Source of the DNA: Podarcis cretensis
Lineage: Eukaryota
Assembly (NCBI GenBank): GCA_951804945.1
Contig: OX638154.1
Coordinates: forward strand, 52,266,001-52,330,000
Direction: 5' to 3'
DNA: 64,000 nt
The notes under the pieces are model-generated. The model ran no database searches. It had not been told where the DNA came from and saw only the letters and a program-made list of their open reading frames with translations. The position numbers and the translations under genes were made by a program. Below are positions 14,080 through 28,207 of the stretch, one piece after another. Every line of letters starts with the position of its first letter. Positions within the stretch are counted from its first letter, which is position 1.

Positions 14080-14238
14080 ACAGTGCAAATTCCAATTTAC
14101 TCAGAACAGGAGTATCAGATGTACCTTCATGATGATGCTTGGACCAAAGCTGAAACAGACCACCTCTTTGACTTATCCAGACGGTTTGATCTTCGCTTTG
14201 TGGTCATTCATGACCGTTATGACCACCAGCAGTTCAAA
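14080..14238 (+). CDS. DMAP1: DMAP1 coding exon 4, SANT/Myb-like domain (TVQIPIYSEQEY...WTKAETDHLFDLSRRFDLRF...QQFK)
   Basis: ctgcAG at 14078-14079, GTAAGT at 14239; 159 nt. Confidence 0.97.
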
Positions 14239-14649
14239 GTAAGTGCCTGTCAGCTAATACAGTCTACAGTGAAGTTGCCATGGTGCAGTTTGTTGAATGA
14301 AACTTATTTCCAGTTTAAGGATCTGCAGACATGGACTATGCAGTGTGCTGGTTAAAATAATACATGCCTGTTAAAGGTTCCTGAATTCTCTTCCTGAAGT
14401 TTTGTGTGAAACATTATAAGCACCAGCTGTGTTGGGTAAGAGACTTACAAAAGCAAGGGAAAGCTGGGTTGTTAAGCTCTGAGGGGCATCTCAACAGTGT
14501 GTATTTGAAGGTGGGATGGCTAGGACAGAATAGGGATTCTGTTGGTGTACTACCCACCCTGTCACTCAACAGTCTCATTTCTAGCAGGGGTGTTGGACTC
14601 CTCTCAGCTTGTTGTGCTGGAGAACTTCAACATTTGTGCTGATGCCTTG

Positions 14650-15540
14650 TCAGAACTGGCTCAGGTTCTCATGGCTGCCATGACAACCATGAGTCTGTCC
14701 TAAGTAATCTGGCCCTACCCATGCTGCAGGGCACATTCTGGACTTGGTTTTCTGTGTTGGATCGGATTATGTTGATCTTAGCGTGGAGGAACTTTCTGTT
14801 AGTTCCACTGTCATGGACTCGCTGGAGCTCATAACTTTAGTGGGTGTGTGGATGTGATTAAGATGGTCCACCCTAGGAGGCAAGGTATCTGGAGTGTGTG
14901 TTGGCATCTTAGATCATGTATGAGACAGATTATCTAGATCTATTTCAATCTGGTTTCAGGCCTGGTTATGGGAGAGAGATGGCTTTGGTTGCCTTGGTGG
15001 ATGACATGCCAGGAGTTGGACAGGGGGAGTGTGTCCCTTTTGGTTCTGCTGGACTTTTCAGTGGCTTTCAATACCAACCTGGGATGCCTTGTTGGAATGC
15101 AGCTTGGAGCCACTGTTTTACAATGGCTTTGTTTCTTCTTGGAGGGGTGAATCTAGAAGGTGATGCTGGAGGACTCCTGTTTGACACATTGGCTGTTGAC
15201 CTTTGGGGACTCTCAAGGTTGTGTTCTGTCCCCCATGCTCTTTAACATTTACATGAAACTGCTGGGAGAGGTTGTCTGGAACGTTGAAGTTCAGTGTCAC
15301 CAGTATGCTGTTGACGCCCTGCTCTATTTCTCCTTTCCACCTAAATTCAAGGAAGCTGTCTTGATTCTAAACCAGTGTCTGTCATCAGTGATGGACTGGA
15401 TGAGAGTGAACAAATAGAAACTTAATCCACACAAAACAGAGATGCTCCTGGTCAGTCAAAAGGCTGTGCTGGATGGAGTTGTACTCTCCCTGTAGACACG
15501 TTTGCAGTTTGGGTGTGCTCCTTTATTCAGCCCTGGGCCC
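14650..15540 (+). mobile_element. Degenerate L2/CR1-clade LINE fragment (endonuclease remnant fused to RT)
   Basis: Frameshifted motifs DYLDLFQSGFRPGYG, LVLLDFSVAF, SQGCVLSPMLFNIYM, QYAVDALLY (degenerate YADD), WMRVNK. Confidence 0.85.
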
Positions 15541-16150
15541 TCTGGTTGGGAGCCTCTCTTACTCCAGCAAATGAACAATCAGCAACCCCCTTTAAGCTCC
15601 CAGTAGCTCCTTTGAATCCTCACCCTTACTTGCCCAACACCTGATGTCATGTGCAAGGAGAAGAACTAAGTTGATTAAGCTAGAAAAATAATTGTAGGGT
15701 TTCTACTGCTGGGTAACTGATTAAGTGAGATGGAGAGTGTTAGTGAAGATGTTGCCATGGAATCAGGGGATATGGAACAGAGGATTTTGGAGAATGGCTA
15801 TATTTTTAATAAAATTGTATTGGTGAGGGAAGATCCCAGAATATGCAGTCCTGTCTTGATTTGTGATTATTGAATGAAGAGCAACAAAGCCTTGTTTGTA
15901 GCATGGGACCACCGTCTTGTGATACCTAGGCCTGGATACTACTGCCCAGAAAGCAATAAAGTTATTGGATGCTGTGCAGATACTGGAAATAAATATAACT
16001 ATTTCCTGTGATAGAGTTCACTCATTGGCACTGATTACAATCATTTTCCTAACATTTCTCTGATGCTTTGTTCATGTCGCATAACTTTAAGCTATTTTTT
16101 CATGGTGTTAGATTTCCTTAAGCTTGGTTGTATCCTTGTTTTCTCCTTAG

Positions 16151-16318
16151 AAGCGGTCGGTGGAAGATTTAAAGGAGCGCTACTATCACATCTGTGCCAA
16201 GCTGGCCAACATCCGTGCTACCCCAGGCACTGACTTGAAAATCCCTGTTTTTGATGCTGGCCATGAAAGGCGCCGGAAAGAACAGCTAGAGAGGCTATAT
16301 AATCGGACACCAGAGCAG
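16151..16318 (+). CDS. DMAP1: DMAP1 coding exon 5 (KRSVEDLKERYY...RLYNRTPEQ)
   Basis: ccttAG at 16149-16150, GTAATG at 16319; 168 nt. Confidence 0.97.
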
Positions 16319-17457
16319 GTAATGTCAGGAAACGTTGCAAGGCAGCCTGGCCTCACATTATCTTACACTGGATCTGTAGCAATAGCTTGTCATTTCTGGG
16401 TACTCCCCAGTGCCCTTCAGGGCTGCTAATGTGACTCCTGTTGGAGGTAGTAGTAGGTGCACCTGCCATCCTTAAAGCGTGATTTATCAAGTAATGGGCA
16501 TACACGTATTAAGTGATCAATGTGAATAATGGAATAACTACTAGAAAACAAAGTGTGTTAAAATACGTTTTATTTGATTTTTGTCTGAGAAGGATAGAAG
16601 CGTAGTGCTTGTCAAGTTCTATCTCTGGATTTCAGACAATGCATTTAGCATATTTTTCTTTTCAGTAATGCAGTGGTGTCCACACTTTTTTCAAAGAGGG
16701 CCAGATTTGATGAAGTGAAGGGCTGTGAGGGATTGAAGTTGTTGAGCTTTTTTAGGCGGACCGGATTAGGTCCCCGAAATGGATTTTGGACATGTTTGCA
16801 CTTCTGTATGGGTACTTGCATTACCTGGAGAAAAACAGTTGCTTTCATGAAACACCCTGGACACACCATCATTTTGTAGCTTGTAGTTTGTATTTTGTAG
16901 CTCGTAGTTTGGTGGTGAAGGTGCTGGCAGCAACTGCCTGATCTGGTATTGGCTGAGAATGTTAATAAACATTCATATTTCTGAGGAAATGAAACAAAGT
17001 GAGCAGGAGTATCTGTGAGGGTATAACTAGGGCAGCCTGTGTGTTGAAAATGGGGGAAGGGGTCAAGAAAGGAAAGGAAGGGACTTGTAAATTATGTGTG
17101 GTGGAAGAAAGTGAGACTGTGAAGAGCCCTTATATAGGCAGGAGATACGAAAAGAGAGACAATGAGATAGTGACATTAACAACGTAGAATCTATATACTA
17201 TAGCCTGCTATATACATAGTGAGAGCTTTGGAATCTGATTGGCTATGGAATCTAGTGTTTCACGGCTTCATGAGCCTTTAAAAATTGCTTGGGTGAGAAC
17301 ATTGTACTATTTGTTGCTGCTTTTGTCTCTCTAGTAGTATATTACTTGGCTCCCAGAAGACCACAGGGCAGGTGAAACCCAGGCCAGAAGCACATCTGTT
17401 GCCATTAAGTGGTCCCTTTGGATTGCTTTTCCAGTCATGTTTCCGTTTCACCTGTAG

Positions 17458-17643
17458 GTGGCAGAGGAGGAATATCTAATCCAGGAGCTGCGGAAAATCG
17501 AAGCCAGGAAGAAAGAGAGGGAGAAGCGAACACAAGACTTGCAGAAACTCATCACCGCCGCTGACACCACCACTGAACAAAGACGTGCAGAGCGCAAGGC
17601 ACCCAAGAAGAAGCTGCCACAGAAGAAAGAGACGGAGAAGCCT
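17458..17643 (+). CDS. DMAP1: DMAP1 coding exon 6, coiled coil (VAEEEYLIQELRKIE...KKETEKP)
   Basis: AG at 17456-17457, GTAAAT at 17644; 186 nt. Confidence 0.96.
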
Positions 17644-20600
17644 GTAAATATCTTGTGCCTGCCCTCTTTGTTAGGGCTCTACCTTGCCATTTGTCTGCCA
17701 CGGCTTGGGGCAGGGAGTGAGGGGTGGTTTGCCGGTCCTTGCCATATAAGCATTGTTTCTGTGTTTTTGTTTGTTTCTTTTTAGACCCTCATATCTCTTG
17801 GGGTGTGGAGACAAGTTGGGTTTCAATCATATTGCAAGCTGCAGAGGGATTTTGGTTAAGCTGGAAGGACTTGAAAGTGCTGCACTAGGAAGGAGAGAAA
17901 CTGGACTCATGCAAAGCCCTCTCAGAGACCAAGCAGTTCAGTGGTTAGTGAATACACAGCAAGGAACTTGCTCTTCTTTGTGCCATGCAGCATAGCAACA
18001 CAAGGGGAGATTAGGGAAATTTGAAAGAAGCACATTTTTCAGCTGGTTTCTTCTAAAAAATTACAATTACAGGATGAGGTAGTGGTCAGACTCCCTTCTC
18101 GGGTTTCCCAGAGTTTCTGGGACTGGCATAATTGACAGGCTTGCAGAGGAATTGAAGCTCTTCCAATCTAGGGTTAAGCCAATATTTTTGAAATGTTAAA
18201 AGAGAATGATCTTTAGTTGATGTTCCTGCTCTATCCTAGAACAAGTGTTTTTATGCCTTCCTAAAACCTCAAGATGGTAGGTGTAAATGGATAACATAAG
18301 GAGCAGCATTGACATTCATTTATTTATAAAGCAAAAATTATATACAACCACACACAGAACACCAAGGTGGTGTACAAAAAATACCAATGTAAATGCAATG
18401 CCTCTTTGCTTCTACCTTTCCTATGTTCAGTTGTGAACTTCTCACTCATTCTATGAAATATTAGACCACAATATGATTTACATGTTGTGAGTGGTGGAAC
18501 AACGGAATATCTTAATAATATATGAAATGTCTAGCACTGTGTTTTATTTAGAATACACTGTGGAATTACCGCACTGACTCCATGCAGTTTCTGGGGAGAG
18601 GACTCTGCCTTTCAGATGGCTGTAAGGAGTGAGATGAGTAGGAAGAAGCCACTACACATTTAAAAAAGAAAAGGAAAAAAAGTTTGCACCACTTTGTGTC
18701 ACTACAGGCTTACTGCTTGTTAGGACTGCTCTGCTGACTTGGGTTGGGCTGCCCTGAAAGTTTGTGGTTTCAGTTTCCCTTTGCCTCTTCGTCAGCCAGA
18801 TTGTTCCATGCCATGCAGCATGTGGAATCAAATAGCCACTCAAAATGCTTGAGGCATGTTTGGCTGTCTCCCCCAGTATTGCCTGGGGCCCTTGTGCCTG
18901 CCTATAGGTAAGCACCTCAGGGCTCCTGAAGGCAGCTTCTGTTGTTGCACTAGTGGTGTTTCAACCATGACAGAGTCCATTAGGAGTCAATTACCAACTG
19001 TAGCAGGGAAACGTGTGTGTGTGTGTTTTTGAAAAAAAAAAAGCATTTTAACTAAGAATTTGAATTGAGGGCTGTATCAGCATCATCTCAACAAAGGGAA
19101 GTCATTTACCAAAGAGTCAATTGAGGTTGAAGCATTTACAGCTCATGCTGGCGTGTGAGGGATAGCAACCTGTTTAATTGCTCTGATGTGAGGTGAAGAC
19201 AGACTGTGCAGTGTGGGAGGGAGTTAGTGTGTCCCTCATTTTCATTAGGGTTTAGGCAGATAATTGTCAAGGTAAGATGGCAGGGGCATGCACAAAACTG
19301 CTCCAGGATTCTCTTGAACAGAATAACATGGAGAAGTTTGGTTGCATCAGTGCCTTTAGTATGGAGCGGAGTCTGCAGGTCCCAGGATGCATTGCTGCTG
19401 ATCCAGTCGGTGTAGAGTTTATCTGTACCCCCTCCTGCTGCCATCACGGTAGTCCATCTTTCTTGCTTTGGCTTCAGGTCACCCTAGGCACTAGGTTAAA
19501 TTTATTAACTAGGGACTGCAATAAAGTGTTCTTTAATACTGTGTGTGTCAGGCTAAAGAGCCCCCACAACAGATTTTGACTCTTTGGTGAAGGGCCAAAT
19601 GATAAAGGGAATTTGTCATATTATCTTCCCTCCAGTGTCCCAAAGGGATAGAATAACTAATTTGTTGTAATCAACACAGTTTCCTGGGCTGTGAATGGGG
19701 GCTTTCCTTTGTTTGCAACGTGGGAAATCAAATAGCATAGCTTCAACAGGTTAGGTCTTGGCCAAACACAAGTAAGAAAGTTTGCTGCTAAATGATGGGA
19801 GATAATTCCCTTCTCAGCAAATTATCTCAGTGATTATTGTACTAGTCATCAGTATTTCCTTGGGTTCACAGAATATATCAGTTGTCTCATGGATGATCCA
19901 TGGTATATCTCTTTACAATATTGAAATTTCTGGGTGGAAAGGCTTTTTTTTTTTTAATGAATGTTCAATAGAATGATGTGTTGGACTGGTGACAATTTTT
20001 CTTTTGAGAAGCATATATGTATCCAAACATATATGTATCCAACTCAGCCCCTGTCTTCTGACTTCCAGTCAGCTTTAACAGCTTCCTAGGATTACTATAG
20101 CTCCCTTTTAATTAAGCAAGATCCACGTTATTTGGAGGCAAAGATAAAGGGATCTGCAATAGAGCTTATTATGTTGGGTTTCTTTCTTCCTCTGCTGAGG
20201 ATATGCACACACGCTTTTAAAATTATAGCTTAATTGTCCAAGAATTTATTGTATTGAAGCATTTGTGAATCTGCAGTGTTTAAACAGCGGATAAATTACA
20301 TGCTTAGCTTGTAATGGGAAAATATTTGGCTAGAAGAGAAAGACATTATTCCTGGTGAAAAATGCAAGGCACTATGAGATGGGTATATTTCCCCACAGCA
20401 TGAAGTTCATGCAGGAAACAAATAGCTAGAACAAGAATAGTAAAGTTGTTTAGTACAAATGGTACAGAGGTTAAATAGTTAATGGAAAGTGATACTAATC
20501 CTGGTTTATTGGCCGTAAACATGGAACAGAAAACATGCAATGATCAGGTGGGGAAAGTTTAAAGATATTCTTAAAGAATTCTTAGATTTGTTTTGCATTT

Positions 20601-21754
20601 CAGAGTTGCACTCCAAAATATATCCACGCTTGGGACCACGCAGGGTTTTAAAACCTGCTTTATATCCAGGTTTGTAGTTATACTAGCGTGTTGTGAGTTC
20701 TACAGGTCAAGACTATAAGGTTGCATCCAGTGTAGTGTTAAGGTGAATGTTCTGTCAGTTCAAGGGTTTCCTTTGCTCAACTGAATGTTCTTTTCTCTCC
20801 TGATGCGTCCAAAATTCTGTTCTGGGGGGTTCCCCCAACCCTCTGGATCAGATTTGGTTCACAGGGAAGAGGAAGGAAGAAATCCCATTGTGCTAGAGCT
20901 AATCCTTGCACTTGTGCAAGAATTTAATTGACTATTGCTATAATGCTTTAGGGCTGGGGGCCAGAAGGCATACCCTCCAATATTCCGCATGAAAATAGGG
21001 ACATTCTATGCTTTAGAAATGTCCCTATCTTCAGACTGTTCAGGTAGCAATGGGCATTCTACTTTATGCAGCATAGTAAAAAGATTGAGGCTAAAATAAT
21101 TCAGAATGGATCAAAGCAAACAGATTTTAAACCAGTGAGCAAATCAGTGTGGTGGTTGACTAACTTTGTGTAAAATGATTCATGAAAGTAATTTTATCTA
21201 TTGGAGTCTGTTTTCAGGAATTGGGCAAAACAAAGATGTAGAAGTTAATTGAGGTTTTGGAGACCTAGGAGACCTGAATAGCATTCTTACAGTCCTGGCT
21301 AGTGTGAGGCCCTGTAGATTTTAGCCTAGTAGAATCTTTGTGGTTCATCCAGAAGAGACTGCTGTTAGGGTAGTGCTGCTTTTAAGGACAGTGTCACATG
21401 TTATGTCAGTATAGTTTGTGCTATTTTGTTTCGCCTAGCGCTATGAAACCCTTTCCATGTCCCACTGGTTGTTTTAGATGCAATTTGCCTCCATAATTTT
21501 TAGTACGTTCCTAGTACGGCTAGATTTGTACCAGCAGAAATTGTTGATATCTTAACATATCAAAGCCACCTTTGGCAATTCAAAAGGCATTAAAATTAAT
21601 GGGTGCAGTTCTCAAAATCCATAGTTTCCCCCAGTCTTGCTTAGCAGGGCCTTCTTAGTGCAGACATTGACAGCTGCCTCTCTGTCAGAGAGTGGTCTTT
21701 GTACATCCTTTTGCATTTCCTTTTCTCAACATATGCTGTCTCTTTCTCTTTTAG

Positions 21755-21826
21755 GCTGTTCCAGAGACTGCTGGCATCAAGTTTCCCGACTTCAAGTCTG
21801 CAGGTGTCACACTGCGGAGTCAGAGG
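21755..21826 (+). CDS. DMAP1: DMAP1 coding exon 7 (AVPETAGIKFPDFKSAGVTLRSQR)
   Basis: Polypyrimidine tract and AG at 21753-21754, GTAGGC at 21827; 72 nt; not captured in frame by the ORF track. Confidence 0.96.
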
Positions 21827-22464
21827 GTAGGCTACCATGTTGGTCATTGTTGCCCTGTGTGGATGCTTGATTGCTTTCATTTCCTATTTATTCTCCTTTT
21901 AAAGCTGTTAAAGGTCCATTGGAGTCTGGGCTGTAATATCAATGTGGGTTCTGGCTGGTCTCAGAAATAATAGCTGTGTGTTTGCACTAGAGGCCCACTA
22001 GAGGTGCCAGTTGTGCATGGCTGAACTTGCTTCTTTGCTCCTTAAGCCTCAACTGTTCTGACTATGTCTCTGCGCTCTTATGCTTCCATCTGAGGTCAGG
22101 TTATCATGCCTGATAATGGGACCCCAGCAGAATATGTAGCCAGGAGAAGAGTCCTGGGAAAATCATTGGGAAATGGATCACAAGCTAGCTCTGTCTTCTG
22201 CAAACTGCACTTTTCCCACAAGTAGTTTTAAAATAAAAATTAGACATATGGATTTTGCAGCATTCTTCATGAGAAGAAGCAGTTGGGACATGGAACTAAC
22301 TTTCTGCCTCTTTTGAAGTTAATCAGAGGGCATTTTTAATATTACAATGTTAACTCGTCAAATAACTTTCTGTTTCCCCATTCTGTTGATTCATTCCCCC
22401 CCCCCCTATTTACATAATGGCTCTTTTTCATAAAAGATAAATGAGGCAAAGGTGTTAGGTGCAG

Positions 22465-23620
22465 CTTAGGCCCACTCACTGCCCAGCAGTCTCCCAGCCT
22501 GAGCTGACAGAGCTGGTCTCAAAGATTTTGTTGAGGACTCCCAGACTGCTAGTTTTGAGGGACTTCAACATCCATGCTGAAGTAACTGGCTTTGAGGTGG
22601 CTCAGGGCTTCATGGCCACCATGACAGCCCTGGGGCTGTCCCAACATGTCATTGGCCCAATGCATGAAAGTGGGGGATATTGACACAAGTCCCTTGTTGT
22701 GGTCAGATCCCTGTTAAGATTTAGACTTTCAGCACCTTTTCCCCTGTGCAGAGGCAGGGGATCTATTAGGATGGTCCACCCTCAGAGGCTGATGGATCCA
22801 ATGGGTTTCCAGTCAGCGCTGGGGTATTTTCCAGCTGATATGACTGGTGCTCTTGTCAAAGCCTCAGCCAGCCTCTGGAACATCTGAATGGCTCGGGCTA
22901 TTGACATGATTGTACCTGCTTTGTGGAGCTTGCTTGGCTCCCTGTTATACTCCAGAGCTTAGGGTAAGGAAACAAGATGGGAGATAGCTTGAATGTGAGT
23001 GGAGGAAAACTCCAGTTGAATGCAGCTTAACACTGGTGAGGGCTCATCATTGAGCCTACACAGTGGCAGTGAAGGCAGAAAAGAAGGCATACTTTGCTAT
23101 CTCCATTGTATCCCTGTTGAACCGTCAGGCAGAGCTTCTTGCATTCTGGCCTGAAGGAGGTGATAGAACCAATGGTAGCTTACTGTGACTTGCTTGCAAA
23201 GCATTTTGAGGACAAAATCACCTGCATCCGCTGGTAGGATCTTTAGTTCACGAGTACAACATATGAATTTCAAAGGGTATCCTGAGCACTGTCTAGACCT
23301 GTTGTGTTGGATGAGTTTTAATTTGGAAGGCTTGATGTGGACAAGGTGCTTGGATTGATCAGGGTGACCATTTGCGCTATGGACTCTTGCTCCCCTTGGC
23401 TGATAAAAACTAACAGGGAGGGGACGGCTGGCTGGGCCAGGCAGGTGATTACTGCCTCCTTGCAAGATGAGGTGGTCCCTGCCTTCTTGAAGGAGGCAGT
23501 GGTGAAATCATTCCTCAAGAAACCCTCCCTGGATTCGGAAAATCTAAGTAACTACCAGCCAGTTGTCAAGCTCCCCTCCTTGGACAAGGTTCTTGAGCAA
23601 GTGGTTGCAAATCAGATCCC
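22465..23620 (+). mobile_element. Degenerate L2/CR1-clade LINE ORF2 fragment (APE endonuclease to pre-RT)
   Basis: LLVLRDFNIH (GDFN-like), DSCSPWLIK, LKEAVVKSFLKKPSLD...NYQPV...KVLEQVV. Confidence 0.85.
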
Positions 23621-26600
23621 TTACTGAGCAAGCTAGTGACTGATGGCGTTGTCAGGGTTGTGGCTTTGCTGTATGACATGCCTCAGAACTCCTAATACAG
23701 TAGGAAGAGCGAATTGGCTACAGTGCATATATGAGAAATCTGTTGTTGACAGTAGGTTAATTGGTGTAACTTTGGGATATGCCTTGGAATGCTACTTGCA
23801 GCAGCAGCAGGGAGGTGAGTGGCTATTGCTTGGTTCAGCCTTAATAACAAACCATGGTTTGTTTGCTTTGAGCATGAGCCTTGGGTTTACATGGTCTTCC
23901 CACCTCTTTGCAAGTGAGGAGATGAGATTGAAAGCAATTTCTTGTTTTGTCCAAACCTGAGGAAACTGTAGTTTCTTCCCTTTAAAAAAAAACCCAAGGG
24001 AAAAAAAGGAAAGATGGGAGAGTGCATGAGACTTTCATTTGAAACAACTGTCTCAATCAGGCCAAAGCATTGAAGTGAAATGTTCTGGCAAGGTCACCAG
24101 GTTTTCCACAGTCTTCATCATACTCCAGCATGGACGGCGACTTTGGCTTATTAGGGAGGCCTGGGTTTAGTTTTGCAGAGATCCTAGACTATTAATTATT
24201 TGAGTCCCTCCTTCTGAACTCAAACCTGTACCATCTTTATCAGCTTCATTTTATGCTCAACATAGTAAGCAAGATTTTATATTTTTGGTTATTTTCATGC
24301 AACTATAAAACTAAAGATTAAAAAACCCATCCACCAGCAAGGGTTTTTCATGTTCTATATTATTAGAAGTACTTCATTAGCAGAGTTTGTCTTTTGCCCA
24401 GGACCATTTCCCCTCCCTTCAAAGATCTTGAGATGCCTAAAATTTAAGACCATAGTCATATGCCAAGACTGGTCATTGGTAAATCTACCTCCATTACTGA
24501 GATATGTTGTTATTAAATATCAACATTGTTTTGGCTAGGGAATCACTGGGTGAAAAGATATTGGGTGATGAGAATTGACCTTTGACCACTCATTTAACCT
24601 TGTCTGAGGTCCCAGTTCACGCATTAGGAGTGTAGCACGGCTGCCATTGCTTTGTAATTGGATCCTTTGCTTCGCTGGCAAGATTCACAGGGCAGAACTG
24701 CAAAGAATGGAGGAATAAAATGCTAAGTTAACATCAGTTCACTAGTGCCCAGCCGTTCCTGCAGCCATGCTATATCCATAATCTCTTAATTGGGCCTCTG
24801 TTTTCAAGGGTTAATAGTTTTCTCTACGTTGCTGGCACTCATGGAGCCTGGAGGCTTTACCAATATTTGTGTGGCATTTCCAAAGCTTCTGCAAGTGATT
24901 GTGATTCTAAGTGTTGGCCTGGATTGGAAAAAACTGGCTTTATTGGGCTGTTATTTCTGCCAGTATGTGCTTTGGTGCCAGCACTCCCACCTCTGTTTTT
25001 GATTGACAAGGTTTGGAAATGGTGTGCAGTGTGACATACGCAAAGGTGAGCAGACATGGAAGCCCTGGGGAGCAATCGGGAGAGGATTTGTTAACTGCCT
25101 GGATTAAGTCCTCTTTCTAAACAGCTTGTTCAGATTTTCTTCTGCAGTTTGTTGCAATGGACAAGCAAGGGGCAGCTTTGTATTTAAGATCAACGTGATG
25201 TTTTCTGCATAATAGTGAGGGAAATTATTTGCTTGAATATCATAAAAAACCAGTGCTCCCCCAGTTCTGGCTTAATGAAGATCTTACAAATTAACAGATT
25301 TGTTTGGAAATGCCCTGATAATGTCCTGTATTCTTTCCTACTCCTGATAATTTCCTTAATTCGATAATAGTCTTTTAAAGCTTGCAGAGTAACCAAGTGC
25401 TGGCAATCAGGAGTTTAGAGAAATTTGAAGGGGGGGAAAGCAGTTATCACTACAAGTTCTATACAGATCTTTTGCTTCTACAATTAATTATCAGAAATTA
25501 ACAGCTGAATTTGGTTTTCAAAAGACCAAACCTGATCATTGTAGTCCTTAAAGAATTGAACTAAAGCAATCTTCCCTTCCTCAATCTAGACCTCTTGGGA
25601 AGAGTGGGGTGTAGTAGTCACTTTGAAAAAGGGGCAGTTTTGTATGATTCAAATATATTGTGTGCCAGTGAATTTGAAATGTGTGCACAAATTTCATATC
25701 TCCCCTCACTTTTTGGGGGGAGAAATTAATTTATTCCTGTAGACTTTCATGCTGCCAGCCTAGAATAGAATGAAGGCTTTAAATCTGTGTTCTCTCTGAA
25801 TGTGGACTTCTTTCATATTTAACCTTAATATTCCCTCTGTGTTAATATACATTTTGTCAGGCAATTTTGTTGATACGTTTTCTTGCTACCCTATCCCCCT
25901 TGCTAAAGAGAACATTGGCAAAGAATAGGTGTGTGTTTGGGTTCTGCTTTGGGGCTCTTGCCCTGAGTCTATGGGATGAGGCAAGAGGTCTGGACTCTAG
26001 ACTGCTAAGTCTTTGATAATGAGGCAAAAACAGTAGGATAAAAGAAAGTTCTTAGCAGCCTCAGAGCCAGGGAGCGCACTGGGAGATGCTGTGGCGCAAT
26101 TGTTTAGTTCACAGCTGGACACCTTCCACCAAGAAAGGCTTCCAGCCGGCAGTTTTACTTGTTACCTGCTAACTAGGATCTTGTAGACAAATTGGTGGTC
26201 AGACCAATTAAAAAGAAATAGGGGGAGAGGGAGCTTTCATTCCCATTGATTCACACATCCACCCTCACTGGCTTTTAAATATTTACTAGCCAACTGAGCA
26301 CTTTTTTAGCACTGATTAATGAGGTACAATCTACTGTGGTGCTTGCTTTTTCGGAGCACGGGGCTGGGGTGGGGGCTAGGATTGTACTACACATTCAAGA
26401 TAAACGAGTATTTTGGTCAAAGCTTGGCACGAGGGAGGGGGGCGGCTTAGGTATGTGTATATATTAAATGCATGTTCTCAATATTTGATTTGCTGTGAAG
26501 CGGTTGTGTGCGCTGCCTGTTTACTCTTCACCAGAGGCCCTTGGCCATGCGCCTTCTCTCTGACATTAATGCAGAGCCAGACCTCATCAGCTGCTAACGG

Positions 26601-27419
26601 GGGAAACATCTGTCTTTCTTCGCTTGATCAATACTGTCCCTTCAGAGGCCGAGCCTTGAAAGCAGTTACATAAAATACCAGTAATATTTATTTGGATTTG
26701 ATAAATTTAATTACTTGGAACAATTAATAATTTATCTCTTTAGTATTGACTGTGCTGCAAGGCATTTTGGTGAGATAAGCTGATGGTAATCAGCACCTTC
26801 TTATTAGCCGGAAATTGTATGTTGCCACGATGGGAAAAGACTTCCAATGGTTAGAAAGATGAAGTGTTCTTGTTGCTTTTACTGACACATTCATGTAGTA
26901 ACAGCGTGCAGAGCTAGACTCCACTACACAAATGTGTGAGATAATAGCTTGGGACATGGAGCACGTGGCAAGATGGGCAGAAAGTGTGATTTGAATGTCA
27001 TCTCTGTTTTACTAACAGATATTGAGCACTGAAGCAATACAACTCAGAAGTATTCTTCTAACCCTTCATCAGTATGTCCAGTACTGCAGTGGTTCTCAGA
27101 TCTTTTACTTATGGGAGACTGGTTGTAAAAAATGTGGGGCTTGTGTAATACTGTCATGCCAGTGGATAGGATTTCCTCTCCTCCCCATCTGCTCCAAAGG
27201 GTCTCCCAGCTCTCTGGAGGGAATTTGGGGAGATTGCGGAAGGAGGAAAGGAAGGGTAAGCAGAAGTTTTTGTCATGCCAGTGTGATGCCACAAATGGCT
27301 GTCACCCTTGATTAATTGAAAGATGAGATTTCATAAGCTAAAGCACCTGATCACAAATGCACCAAATGGGCAATGAAGGTTTCGTATGAATGTGCAAGTG
27401 TGTGTGCACCCACTTACCC

Positions 27420-27830
27420 CCTGCATTTGGGACCAAATTTAAAGTGCTGGCTTTAGCGATTGAAGTCTTAAGTCCAGGTTATGTGAAAGACTGCCTGTAC
27501 CTGCATCAGGCTGCCTGAGCTTTATGATAAGTTATGGACACTATATTTTCTGAACTGTAGATTAGAGGCTAATGGGTATCAAGAAAAGGGCCTTTTCAGT
27601 GGTGATCCCACAGTTACAGAATATGACCCCCACCCCCTGCCCATGAAGTGACTTTTACTTGCTTTCAGAAAAGGATCCTTAAGATGTTCTAATTTTAATC
27701 ATCTTTTTAAATTCTTTTTTAAAAAAATAGTTGTCTTTTACTGCTAACTTTAAATGAATTACTTATATGATTGAATGCATATGTTCTATTACTGCTTTTA
27801 TATGCTGCCTTGGGAGGACAATTGTCCTGC
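27420..27830 (+). mobile_element. L2-like LINE 3' fragment
   Basis: AGGGCCTTTTCAGTGGTG-type 3' motif followed by a T-rich tail; highly decayed. Confidence 0.45.
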
Positions 27831-27840
27831 CAAGTGGAAT

Positions 27841-28207
27841 AAAGGTAAAGGTAAAGGTACCCCTGCCCGTACGGGCCAGTCTTGACAGACTCTGGGGTTG
27901 TGCGCCCATCTCACTTAAGAGGCCAGGGGCCAGCGCTGTCCGGAGACACTTCCGGGTCACGTGGCCAGCGTGACATCGCTGCTCTGGCGAGCCAGAGCCG
28001 CACACGGAAACGCCGTTTACCTTCCCGCTGGTAAGCGGTCCCTATTTATCTACTTGCACCCGGAGGTGCTTTCGAACTGCTAGGTTGGCAGGCGCTGGGA
28101 CCGAGCAGCGGGAGCGCACCCCGCCGCAGGGATTCGAACCGCCGACCTTTCGATCGGCAAGCCCTAGGCGCTGAGGCTTTAACCCACAGCGCCACCTGCG
28201 TCCCTGC
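27841..28207 (-). mobile_element. Sauria SINE, full length
   Basis: Nearly identical to the 1388 copy; B box GGTTCGAATCC; TSD GCCAAGTGGAAT at 27829-27840 and 28208-28219. Confidence 0.93.

Noticed and set aside
21985-22010. CCACTAGAGGTGCC resembling a CTCF site
   Set aside because: It mismatches the core GGC positions and cannot be supported without a PWM scan or ChIP data.
24560-24612. GTGATGA...CTGA pair resembling a C/D box snoRNA
   Set aside because: Only about 45 nt between the boxes, with no C'/D' boxes and no recognisable guide sequence.
28060-28200. tRNA-like A/B boxes
   Set aside because: They belong to the SINE head; there is no independent cloverleaf tRNA gene.
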